Shown piece after piece: positions 22,229-30,880 of a stretch of 34,801 bases of DNA. Location: the NCBI GenBank assembly GCA_021158595.1, contig JAGGUF010000079.1:1-34801 (forward strand), written 5' to 3'. Under the pieces are notes generated by a model that had not been told where the DNA came from, ran no database searches, and saw nothing but the letters and a program-made list of their open reading frames with translations. The DNA is from a bacterium. GTDB lineage: Bacteria; Patescibacteriota; Minisyncoccia; Minisyncoccales; GCA-002788555. Every line of letters begins with the position of its first letter. The stretch's first letter is position 1. Position numbers and translations under genes: made by a program.

Positions 22229-23944
22229 ATGAGACTTGATATTCTTAGACATTCTTTATCTCATATCTTGGCTTACGCTGTCCAGGAACTATATCCGGGA
22301 ACAAAATTTGGTCTTGGCCCTGCTATTGAAAATGGGTTTTATTATGACTTTGAATTGCCCTCCCCTATTTCAGAAAATGATTTGTCAAAAATTGAAAAGA
22401 GGATGCACCAGTTAGTCAGAAAAAACATCAGATTTGAGAAAAAAGTTATCTCTAAAGAAGAGGCGGAAAGAATATTTAAAGACCAACCCTACAAGTTAGA
22501 ACTAATTAAAGAAATACCTGGGAAAACTGTCTCTATTTATCAGAGTGGAAATTTTGTTGATCTATGCAAAGGACCTCATATTAAATCCACAAAAGAAATT
22601 GATCCTTATGGATTTAAATTAACCAAGATAGCCGGTGCCTATTGGAAGGGAGATGAGAAAAATCCAATGCTTACCCGGATCTATGGATTGGCATTTGAAA
22701 CCAAAAAAGAACTTCAAAATTTTATTGAAAGACAAAAAGAGATGGAAAGGCGAGATCATAGAATATTAGGCAAGAAATTAGAACTGTTCATTTTTGATGA
22801 AGAAGTGGGAGCCGGACTTCCTATCTGGCTCCCCAAAGGAGCAATTTTACGAAAAATTATAGAAGATTACCTATATCAAGAACTAACCAACCAAAACTAT
22901 CATTGGCTCTCAACTCCTCATATTGGTAAAAGAGATTTATTTCAAAGATCTGGCCATTTAGACTTTTATAAAGAAGATATGTATTCCCCGATTGAAATTG
23001 AAAAGGAAAAATACTATCTAAAGCCAATGAATTGTCCCTTTCATATCAAGGCCTATCAGTCAAAAGTTAGAAGTTATCGCCATCTGCCAATAAAATATGC
23101 TGAATTTGGAACAGTTTATAGATACGAAAGATCTGGAGTTTTACATGGACTAACCAGGGCAAGAGGCTTTACTCAGGATGATGCCCATATTTTCTGCACT
23201 CCTGAACAATTGAGTGAGCAATTACTAAAAATTCTAAAATATGGCCTCAAGACCCTGAAGACCTTTGGCTTTAAGGATTACAATATTTATTTATCTACTC
23301 GTCCCAAAAAATATGTGGGCACTCTAAAAAATTGGAAAAGAGCCACCAACTCTTTAAAATATGCCTTAAATAAACTAAACCTCAAATATCAAATTGATCC
23401 AGAAGGAGGGGTTTTTTATGGACCGAAAATTGATATTAAAATCAAGGATTCTTTGGGTAGACTTTGGCAATGTACCACCATTCAGGTTGATTTTAATCTA
23501 CCAGAAAAGTTTGAACTGAACTACATTGATAGAAAAGGAAAAAAGCAAAGACCAATTATGATCCATCGGGCTCTTATTGGTTCAATTGAGAGATTTATTG
23601 GGGTTTTACTGGAACACTATGCTGGGGCTTTACCCTTATGGTTATCTCCAGAACAAATCTGGGTAATTCCAGTGGGCTCTGGTAATAAAAAATATGCCAA
23701 AGAGGTTGATGAAAAACTTACAAAACAGGGCTTTCGATCTAAATTAAAAGATGAAAATGAAACCGTTTCCAAAAAAATCAGAGAAGGAGAAATCCAAAAA
23801 ATCCCTTATCTTTTGGTAGTGGGAAACAAGGAAGAAAAGTCAAAATCAGTACGGGTGCGCAAACGAGAAAAGGGAGACATTGGTGAAATAAAAATTGAGA
23901 GATTTATTAAAACGATTAACAAAGAAACTGAGAAGAAATTATGA
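22229..23944 (+). CDS. thrS: Threonyl-tRNA synthetase lacking the N-terminal TGS domain
   Basis: 571 aa. It starts directly in the editing (N2) domain with LRHSLSHILAYAVQELYP...GFYYDF. It has RDHRILGKKLELF, class II catalytic motifs and an anticodon-binding domain. Confidence 0.95.
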   Translation: MRLDILRHSLSHILAYAVQELYPGTKFGLGPAIENGFYYDFELPSPISENDLSKIEKRMHQLVRKNIRFEKKVISKEEAERIFKDQPYKLELIKEIPGKTVSIYQSGNFVDLCKGPHIKSTKEIDPYGFKLTKIAGAYWKGDEKNPMLTRIYGLAFETKKELQNFIERQKEMERRDHRILGKKLELFIFDEEVGAGLPIWLPKGAILRKIIEDYLYQELTNQNYHWLSTPHIGKRDLFQRSGHLDFYKEDMYSPIEIEKEKYYLKPMNCPFHIKAYQSKVRSYRHLPIKYAEFGTVYRYERSGVLHGLTRARGFTQDDAHIFCTPEQLSEQLLKILKYGLKTLKTFGFKDYNIYLSTRPKKYVGTLKNWKRATNSLKYALNKLNLKYQIDPEGGVFYGPKIDIKIKDSLGRLWQCTTIQVDFNLPEKFELNYIDRKGKKQRPIMIHRALIGSIERFIGVLLEHYAGALPLWLSPEQIWVIPVGSGNKKYAKEVDEKLTKQGFRSKLKDENETVSKKIREGEIQKIPYLLVVGNKEEKSKSVRVRKREKGDIGEIKIERFIKTINKETEKKL

Positions 23945-24333
23945 TTATTACCAAATTTAAAGATTTTAAAGAGATTAAAAATTTTTTAACAAAAAAAGAA
24001 GAAATAGGAATTGTATCCTGTAATACCTGCGCCCGAATATGCAAAACAGGAGGCCAACAGGGAATGAAAAAAGTAGCCAGAAAATTGAAAAAACAAGGAT
24101 ACAAAATTGAGGAATCTATCCTGGTGCCTGCGTGCTGTAGTGTGAAACTTTTAAAAAAATTCAATTTTAAATCAAATACCTTATTGGTGCTTGCCTGCGA
24201 TGCGGGAGTAGCAGCCCTGAAATATCTTTTCCCTAACAAAAAAATTGTTCCTTGTCTTAAGGAAATGGGAAATGGATTCTATACCGAAAAGGGGAAATCT
24301 ATTTTGATAAATCCTCTCTTATCTTCTAAATAA
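23941..24333 (+). CDS. Small Cys-rich protein of unknown function
   Basis: 130 aa. An ATGA overlap with the thrS stop is present, and its own stop lies 1 nt before the miaB ATG. Cysteines occur in CNTCARIC (CxxCxxxC), in a CC pair (PACCS), in LACDAG and in VPCL. An alternating beta-alpha pattern is predicted by eye. No family is recognised. Confidence 0.6.
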   Translation: MIITKFKDFKEIKNFLTKKEEIGIVSCNTCARICKTGGQQGMKKVARKLKKQGYKIEESILVPACCSVKLLKKFNFKSNTLLVLACDAGVAALKYLFPNKKIVPCLKEMGNGFYTEKGKSILINPLLSSK

Positions 24334-24334
24334 A

Positions 24335-25648
24335 ATGAAGTATTTTATTATCACCTATGGATGCCAGATGAATAAAAGCGATTCGGAAAGAATCGCTGCT
24401 ATTTTAGATAAGGCAGGATATAGTTCTACCCCTAAAATAAAAGAGGCTGGTTTGATAGTGGTTAATATGTGCTCGGTAAGACAGTCAGCCGTAGATCGGA
24501 TCTATGGATTGGTGCCCCAATTGAAAAAACTAAAAGAAAAAAATCCTAAATTAAAAACAATTCTAACCGGTTGCATCCTAAAAGAGGATAGGAAAAAATT
24601 TGAAAAAATATTTGATTTTGTCTTGGATAAAAAAGACTTAGCAAACTGGCCAGAAATTATAAAGCAGCCTTCTTGTTATCTATCTAAAAAAGAAAAGTTT
24701 AATAAAAAGGAATATTTAGAGATTAAACCAAAATATAAAAATACCTTTTCTGTTTCTATCCCTATCTCAGATGGATGCAATAATTTTTGCACCTACTGTG
24801 CTGTTCCTTTAACCAGGGGAAGGCTAATTTGTAGAGAACATAAAAAAATAATACAAGAAGCAACAGAAGCAATAAGAAATGGAGCAAAAGAGATCTGTCT
24901 TTTAGGCCAAAATGTAAATGATTATCACTGCCCTGTATGTCCTTCAATTGATTTTGGAGAACTGCTAAAGAAAATAAATGAAATAGATGGTTATTTTTGG
25001 ATCAGATTTATTACTCCCAATCCAGCAGACTTTTCAGAGAAGTTAATTGAAACCATAGCAAAATGCAAAAAGGTAACACCTTATTTAAATCTACCCTTAC
25101 AATCTGGAGATGACGAAATCTTAAAAAGAATGAACAGAAGATACACTGTGAGCCAATATTTGAATCTGGTAAAAAAAATCCGTTCCGCCTTTAAAAAATA
25201 CAGAAAGGGTTTAGAAAGAGAGGTTGCTCTCTCTACAGACATTATTGTGGGCTTTCCCGGAGAAACAAAAAAACAATTTGAAAATACAAAAAGACTAATG
25301 GAAAAAATAAGGTTTGATATGGCTTACATTGCCCAATACTCCCCTCGGCCAGGGACTTTAGCGGCTAAAATGAGAGATAATGTCTCAAAAGAAGAAAAGA
25401 GAGAAAGAGAGAAAATCTTAACTGAGGTTTTAAAGAAAACTGCCTTAGAAAAAAATAAAAAATTTGTAGGAAAAGAAGTTGAGGTCTTGGTTGAAAAAAG
25501 CAAGGATTCTTTTCTAATAGGGAAATCAAGACATTACAAAACAGTAAAATTTCCAAACTCAAAAGATCTAATTGGCAAATTTGTTAAAATAAAGATTACT
25601 GAGGCTATTCCTTGGGGTCTAAAAGGTAAAATTAGAAAGTATGAATAA
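24335..25648 (+). CDS. miaB: tRNA-2-methylthio-N6-dimethylallyladenosine synthase (radical SAM methylthiotransferase)
   Basis: 437 aa. It has the N-terminal UPF0004 domain (ITYGCQMNKSDSE...NMCSVR...GC), the radical SAM motif CNNFCTYC, and a C-terminal TRAM domain. Confidence 0.9.
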   Translation: MKYFIITYGCQMNKSDSERIAAILDKAGYSSTPKIKEAGLIVVNMCSVRQSAVDRIYGLVPQLKKLKEKNPKLKTILTGCILKEDRKKFEKIFDFVLDKKDLANWPEIIKQPSCYLSKKEKFNKKEYLEIKPKYKNTFSVSIPISDGCNNFCTYCAVPLTRGRLICREHKKIIQEATEAIRNGAKEICLLGQNVNDYHCPVCPSIDFGELLKKINEIDGYFWIRFITPNPADFSEKLIETIAKCKKVTPYLNLPLQSGDDEILKRMNRRYTVSQYLNLVKKIRSAFKKYRKGLEREVALSTDIIVGFPGETKKQFENTKRLMEKIRFDMAYIAQYSPRPGTLAAKMRDNVSKEEKREREKILTEVLKKTALEKNKKFVGKEVEVLVEKSKDSFLIGKSRHYKTVKFPNSKDLIGKFVKIKITEAIPWGLKGKIRKYE

Positions 25649-26534
25649 ACTAATTGTTATATTGGGTCCTACGGCTTCGGGAAAAACAGAACTGGGGATA
25701 AAACTTGCCAAAAGGTTCAATGGAGAGATTATTTCTTGCGATTCAAGACAGGTCTTTAAGGAAATGGATATTGGCACCGCGAAACCCAGCCTCAAAGAAA
25801 CCCAGCAGGTTCCCCATCATCTGATTAGCATCGTAAATCCTGATCAAGAATTTAATGTAGCCATTTATAAAAAATTGGCAATTAAGACCATAAGAGAGAT
25901 TCAAAAGAGGAAAAAGATACCTTTTCTTGTAGGTGGCACCGGACTTTACCTTCAGGCCATAGTGGACAATGTTCAATTTCCAAAGGTAAGACCTCACCAT
26001 AAACTAAGAAAGGAACTTGAAAAAATATCTACAAAAGAACTTTTTGAAATTTATGAAAAATTGGACCCAAGAGGAGCAAAAGAAATTGAAAAAGAGAATA
26101 AAAGAAGACTAATAAGAGCGATTGAGGTATGCAAGGTTACAGGAAAACCCTTTTCAGAACAAAAAAAGAAAGGAAAGCCTCTCTTTGAGATTTTACAAAT
26201 TGGGATAAGATTACCAAAAGACGAATTAAAAAAGAGGATAGAAAAAAGGGTAGAAAAAATGTTTAAGAAGGGATTAGAGAAAGAGGTAAAAAAACTATTT
26301 CAAAAATATGGTTTCAATATTCCTCCTATGCAAAGTATTGGATATCAGGAATTTCAAGGATATTTTAAAAAGGAAAAATCAATTAATAAGGTAAAAGAAG
26401 AAATTAAACTTCACACCCTTCAGTTCGCCAAAAGACAAATGACCTGGTTTAAACGAGATAAAAGAATAAAATGGATCACAAACAAAAAGGAGGCAGAAAG
26501 AGTAATTAAAGAATTTTTATCTTCAGATTGTTAG
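25641..26534 (+). CDS. miaA: tRNA dimethylallyltransferase
   Basis: 297 aa with the P-loop GPTASGKT, the DSRQVFKEMDIGTAKP motif and GGTGLY. It overlaps miaB by 8 nt. Confidence 0.9.
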   Translation: MNKLIVILGPTASGKTELGIKLAKRFNGEIISCDSRQVFKEMDIGTAKPSLKETQQVPHHLISIVNPDQEFNVAIYKKLAIKTIREIQKRKKIPFLVGGTGLYLQAIVDNVQFPKVRPHHKLRKELEKISTKELFEIYEKLDPRGAKEIEKENKRRLIRAIEVCKVTGKPFSEQKKKGKPLFEILQIGIRLPKDELKKRIEKRVEKMFKKGLEKEVKKLFQKYGFNIPPMQSIGYQEFQGYFKKEKSINKVKEEIKLHTLQFAKRQMTWFKRDKRIKWITNKKEAERVIKEFLSSDC

Positions 26535-26538
26535 ATTG

Positions 26539-27603
26539 TTATCCCAATAATCTAATGGCTACTCCAATTATTGCAAAAACAACTCCTATTATCCAAAACC
26601 TCATTACAATCTTTGGCTCTTGCCAACCTCGGGCCTGAAGGTGTTGATGAATAGGGGCGGAGAGAAATATTTTCTTTTTTCGAATCTTCTTTGATAAAAG
26701 TTGAAGAATGACCGAACCAGATTCTATCACCAAAAGTCCTCCAATAACAGGCAGAACCAAAACAGAATCAGTTAAAAAGGCAACCACTGCCAGGGTAGAG
26801 GTTAGGGCTAAACTTCCTGTTTCTCCCATATAAAATCTTGCTGGAGGAATATTAAACCACAAGAAGGCAAGAATGGTACCTGTAATAACTCCACAAAAAG
26901 CAGCAAGGTTGATTTGGTTCTGAGCAAAAGCAATCACCCCAAAGGCACCAAACATTGAAGCAAAAGCCCCTCCCGCCAACCCATCCAAGCCATCAATTAC
27001 TCCTCCAGACCAGCAAGCCAACATCACTATCACAAAAAGCAAAATATAAAAGGGACCAATAAAAAAATCACCATTTCCAGGAATATGAATGGTTTTCCAA
27101 TCAAGTTTAAAATAAAACCAGAGGCCTCCAATTAGCCCAATTAGACTCACCATTAAAAACCTTTCTCTAAAAGTAAGGCCCCCAGCAATATATTTTCCCT
27201 TTCCTTTAACCTGAAGGATATCATCAAAGAGTCCTACCAGGGCGGCTGTTATCAGAGAAAACATTGGCAACCAGGTCTGAGAACGAGAAAGAAAATTTAG
27301 TTTCTGAATCCAAAAGAAATCTGGAAAAAAATAAGAAAGCGACCAAAAAAATAAAGCCTCTATTAAGGTAGTGACCCAAATCAAAAGACCTCCAAATCGA
27401 GGAGCAGAGACTTCTTTTTCTTTATGAAGTTTATAAAAAATTTTTGCTTCCTTACCATCGATGGTTTTGGTTCTCACACTCTTCCGCCAAAGTTTGTGTC
27501 GATAAAGAAAGTTGGTCAAAGCAGGAGTAGAAAAAACCGCTAAGACACTTCCTACTACCGTTAGAAAAAAGACCTTAATTACATTAATAGCAATTGGCTC
27601 CAT
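26539..27603 (-). CDS. mraY: Phospho-N-acetylmuramoyl-pentapeptide transferase
   Basis: 354 aa with about 10 TM segments. It has LFDDILQVKGKG, VIDGLDGLAGG and APIHQHLQARGW (the PIHHH-type motif). Confidence 0.9.
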   Translation of the reverse strand: MEPIAINVIKVFFLTVVGSVLAVFSTPALTNFLYRHKLWRKSVRTKTIDGKEAKIFYKLHKEKEVSAPRFGGLLIWVTTLIEALFFWSLSYFFPDFFWIQKLNFLSRSQTWLPMFSLITAALVGLFDDILQVKGKGKYIAGGLTFRERFLMVSLIGLIGGLWFYFKLDWKTIHIPGNGDFFIGPFYILLFVIVMLACWSGGVIDGLDGLAGGAFASMFGAFGVIAFAQNQINLAAFCGVITGTILAFLWFNIPPARFYMGETGSLALTSTLAVVAFLTDSVLVLPVIGGLLVIESGSVILQLLSKKIRKKKIFLSAPIHQHLQARGWQEPKIVMRFWIIGVVFAIIGVAIRLLG

Positions 27604-27607
27604 ATCC

Positions 27608-28558
27608 TTACTGCCATATATAGGCAGTCTTTAGCCAGTTATAAAGTTGTTCTGACTTCTGAAGTCGTTCGCCAATACCTACCCCTAAAATAACTATTAC
27701 TATATTTCCTTTTACCTTTCCAAAGGGCTTGCCTACCAAAATCATAGTCTCTCCAGCATCTTCAGTATATCCGGTTTTTCCTCCCAAAATTCCTTCTTTA
27801 TCAAGAAGGGTCCTGGCTACATTCCGAGGATGATGTGGAATCTCTCTTCCAGAAGGATCCTTTCCAATCACATCTTTCTCTTTTGTTCCCAGAATCTTCC
27901 AAATAAGAGGATAGTTTTCAATAGAATATTCTGTCATTTTGGCTAACTCATAAGCAGAAGACAAATTATTATTGTGATCCTCTTCATCCAGTCCATGAGG
28001 ATTTACAAAGGAAGTATTTAAAAGTCCAATCTCTTTGGCCTTTCCATTCATTGCTCTTACAAACTTTCTTTTCCCCATTACCTCTGCCAAAGCAGAAGCA
28101 GCATCATTACTTGAAACCAAAAGCGAAAGGTCAAGTAGTCCTCTAATGGAAATTCGCTCTCCTACCGATAACCTTCCTGACTCTCCCAATGTCTGAACTG
28201 CCTCTCGGCTTATTGTAACCTCTTTATCTAAAGTATAATTATCAATTACCACCATTGCTGTCATTATCTTAGCCAGAGAGGCAAAGGGTAGTCTTTCATT
28301 AATATTTTTCTTGTACAAAATCTTTTCTTTTCCCTCAGGAGTAAAAAGAACGGCAATGCCTGCCTTCTCGCCTAAGTTTATTTCTGGTTCTTGAGGATTT
28401 CGAATCGGAAAAGACTCTGCCCTTTCTCCCCCACCCTGTTCTTTCAAAACCACTTGATTTACTCCTCCCTCCTTTTTCTCTCCAAAAGGAAAAAAGACAA
28501 AAAGTAAGATAAAAAGAATAATTAAAAGGAGAATAATAAGAATAGATATCCTTCTCAT
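27608..28558 (-). CDS. D-alanyl-D-alanine carboxypeptidase (peptidase S11, low-MW PBP)
   Basis: 316 aa with a signal anchor. It has SLAK (SxxK), SSN (SxN) and KTGYT (KTG) motifs. Confidence 0.85.
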   Translation of the reverse strand: MRRISILIILLLIILFILLFVFFPFGEKKEGGVNQVVLKEQGGGERAESFPIRNPQEPEINLGEKAGIAVLFTPEGKEKILYKKNINERLPFASLAKIMTAMVVIDNYTLDKEVTISREAVQTLGESGRLSVGERISIRGLLDLSLLVSSNDAASALAEVMGKRKFVRAMNGKAKEIGLLNTSFVNPHGLDEEDHNNNLSSAYELAKMTEYSIENYPLIWKILGTKEKDVIGKDPSGREIPHHPRNVARTLLDKEGILGGKTGYTEDAGETMILVGKPFGKVKGNIVIVILGVGIGERLQKSEQLYNWLKTAYIWQ

Positions 28559-28577
28559 AGATCTTATTTTCTAGATT

Positions 28578-29612
28578 TTAATCTTTTAAAACCTCCAATC
28601 CAGGCAATCTTTCATTTCCTAAAAACATAAGCATTGCTCCTCCACCAGTGGAGAGAAAATTAAATTTCTTTTTAAGATGATATTTCAATATGGCAAGAAG
28701 GGTTTCCCCTCCTCCTGCTATCTTAAAACCTTTATTTCTTGAAATTGCTTCTGCTATTGCCTTTGTGCCTTTAGCAAATTCCTCTTTTTCAAAACATCCC
28801 AAGGGTCCATTCCAAACTATTGTTTTGCCTTTTAAAATTATTCCTTTAAATCTGTTTATAGTTCTGGGACCAATATCCATGTTCTCTCTAAAATCAGAAG
28901 GCAAATAGAGTTTGGGGTGAGAAAAATTGATATTACGGGCTATCTTTCCCCCTACAAGAACATAATCAGCAAGGGAAAGAAATCTCTTAATTGCCGGAAG
29001 TTTTGTTTTTATCTTTACTCCTCCAAAAACACCCACAAGGGGCCTTTTGGCATTTTTCAATACATAGGTTAAAACTTTGATCTCTCTCTCAAGCCAAAGC
29101 CCGGCATAACTGGGTAAAAACCTGGGAATCCCCACAATGGAACAATGACTTCGATGGCAAACCCCAAAGGCATCATTCACAAAAATATCTGCCAATTCTG
29201 AGAGTTTTTTTGCAAATCCTAAATCATTTTCCTTCTCTTCTTTATAAAATCTTAAATTCTCTAAAACAACTATCTCTTTGGGCTTCATCTTTCTTATTTC
29301 TCTCTCTATCCTTTCTCCGATACAATCATTTAAGAATTTTACCTTTCTTTTTAATAACTTCTCTAATCTCAAGGCAACAGGACCTAAGGTATATCTTTTA
29401 AGATCTTTTTCAGATTTTGGATTAGGTCTGTCTAAGTGGCTGATTAAAATTATCTTTGCCTCCTTTTCAAGTAAATACCTTATGGTAGGAACAATAGTGC
29501 GAATCCGGTAATCATCTAAAATCTCCCCTTTACTTCCCAAAGGACAATCAAATCCTGCTCGAACCAAAACAGAACTTCCTTTTTTAATCTTTGCCTCTTT
29601 AAGGGTTTTCAT
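28578..29612 (-). CDS. pgk: Phosphoglycerate kinase (short form)
   Basis: 344 aa with VRAGFDCPL, ISHLDRPN, ENLRFYKEE, VNDAFGVCHR, WNGPLGCFE, GGGE and STGGGAMLMFL. It is roughly 50 aa shorter than typical bacterial PGK, through deletions in the C-domain. Confidence 0.9.
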   Translation of the reverse strand: MKTLKEAKIKKGSSVLVRAGFDCPLGSKGEILDDYRIRTIVPTIRYLLEKEAKIILISHLDRPNPKSEKDLKRYTLGPVALRLEKLLKRKVKFLNDCIGERIEREIRKMKPKEIVVLENLRFYKEEKENDLGFAKKLSELADIFVNDAFGVCHRSHCSIVGIPRFLPSYAGLWLEREIKVLTYVLKNAKRPLVGVFGGVKIKTKLPAIKRFLSLADYVLVGGKIARNINFSHPKLYLPSDFRENMDIGPRTINRFKGIILKGKTIVWNGPLGCFEKEEFAKGTKAIAEAISRNKGFKIAGGGETLLAILKYHLKKKFNFLSTGGGAMLMFLGNERLPGLEVLKD

Positions 29613-29613
29613 A

Positions 29614-30603
29614 TCAAAGAGGATGTCTTTTTATCTTTACTCTTCCAAACCTCCAGATAGATTCATTCCTATTTAAAAGCCCATTCTTTGCGCCGAATCT
29701 CTGAAGACAAGAAACAGCATTAGCAGAACCAAACTGAATAGCGTATTCAATATCATTAGGTCTTTTAATAAGGCCAGTAACAAAACCTGAACCAAAGGCA
29801 TCCCCACAACCCGTCCGATCTACTACTTTTTTTGCTTTTAATACTCCACTCTCATACAAATAATTTCCATCTGAAACCACCACACCCAAAGGACCCTTTG
29901 TCATCACTACAATCCCTTCAACCCACTCATCCAGGGTTTTAAAGATTTCTCTTTCTTTATGATAGGGCAATCTTGTGGCCAAGGAAGCCTCCTCTTGATT
30001 TAAAATTAAGACATCAATAAAATTAAGCAGTCTTTTTAGTCTCTTTTGCGGAAGAGAAAGTTGGGAGTTGCCTGGATTTACTGCTATTTTTATATGGTTT
30101 TTCCGGGCAAACCTCAAAATAGGTTCAAAGATTTTTACCAACCTTCCTGAAAGGGGGGCAAGATAAAACCACTTCGCCTTAAGTTTCTCCCAAGGAATGC
30201 TTTTCTTTTGTAAATCTTCTGATGCTCCCCGGTAGGCAAGTACAGTCCGTTCATTTGGGCTGGAAAGAATCACTGAATAATTGGTGTGATGTCTTTTACT
30301 AAAAAAAAGAAAATCAGTAGAAATTCCCTTTTCTTTCAGTTGTTCTTTGATTTGTCTTCCTATAATATCCTCTCCAACCATTCCACAATAAGCCACCTTA
30401 AATCCCTGGTTTTTAAAGGTAAAAGCAGTATTTGTTCCTCCGCCTCCACTTAAAAACTCTATTTCTTCCACCGGAATTTTTGAACCCAGGGAGAGACAAA
30501 GTCCTTTTCCAGTAAAAAATTTCTTTTCCTTTCTAACCTTAAAACTTCTGCTTTTCAAAAAAACATCCTGGGTAGCCGAACCAAAGGTGATAATATCAAA
30601 CAT
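29614..30603 (-). CDS. PfkB/ribokinase-family carbohydrate kinase
   Basis: It has the GGGGTNTA motif and the catalytic-loop motif DRTGCGDAFGSGF. The start is set at the ATG of MFDIITFGSA, because the 18 extra codons in the ORF track (GTG at 30657) run into the repeat element. The stop (TGA) is separated by 1 nt from the pgk ATG. Confidence 0.85.
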   Translation of the reverse strand: MFDIITFGSATQDVFLKSRSFKVRKEKKFFTGKGLCLSLGSKIPVEEIEFLSGGGGTNTAFTFKNQGFKVAYCGMVGEDIIGRQIKEQLKEKGISTDFLFFSKRHHTNYSVILSSPNERTVLAYRGASEDLQKKSIPWEKLKAKWFYLAPLSGRLVKIFEPILRFARKNHIKIAVNPGNSQLSLPQKRLKRLLNFIDVLILNQEEASLATRLPYHKEREIFKTLDEWVEGIVVMTKGPLGVVVSDGNYLYESGVLKAKKVVDRTGCGDAFGSGFVTGLIKRPNDIEYAIQFGSANAVSCLQRFGAKNGLLNRNESIWRFGRVKIKRHPL

Positions 30604-30869
30604 ATAATTGCTAACCAATTTGGTAACGGTTTGATTGTTATTATCTCCCTCCCCCACCTATATCCTTCCTCTCCCAGAGGGAGAGGGAGGAGAAGGAGGA
30701 AGCCCCGCCTACATCCTCTCAGATCCTCGCCTGTATCCTCCCCCTCCCAAAGAGAGGGGGGAGGAGTAAGGAGGGGATTCCCCAAAATCCTCCCCCTCCC
30801 ACAGGGAGGGGAGGATTAAGGAGGGGGAGGGTCTATTTTTTATTTCGTTACGGAATTGATTGGATAGTA
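30603..30869 (-). mobile_element. Repeat-family copy 7: TIR-flanked element with about three hairpin modules
   Basis: ATAATTGCTAACCAATTTGGTAACG (30603-30628) and CGTTACGGAATTGATTGGATAGTA (30846-30869) are inverted repeats matching at 16 of 24 positions. The core at 30644-30831 holds three poly-C/poly-G hairpins. It fills the ligA-pfkB spacer. Confidence 0.7.
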
Positions 30870-30880
30870 GATCAAATATA

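Noticed and set aside
30555-30819. Two overlapping ORFs (30555-30785 minus, 30631-30819 plus) plus the 18-codon N-terminal extension of the PfkB kinase (30604-30657)
   Set aside because: All three lie inside the poly-G/poly-C hairpin repeat. The translations are Pro/Gly/Arg/Glu low-complexity strings created by the repeat. The kinase homology begins at MFDIITFGSA.
1145-30831. The possibility that the recurring G/C-rich palindromes are a CRISPR array or arrays
   Set aside because: Copies are scattered singly between genes. Within the two multi-module loci there are no unique spacers of constant length between identical repeats. No cas genes or leader are present.
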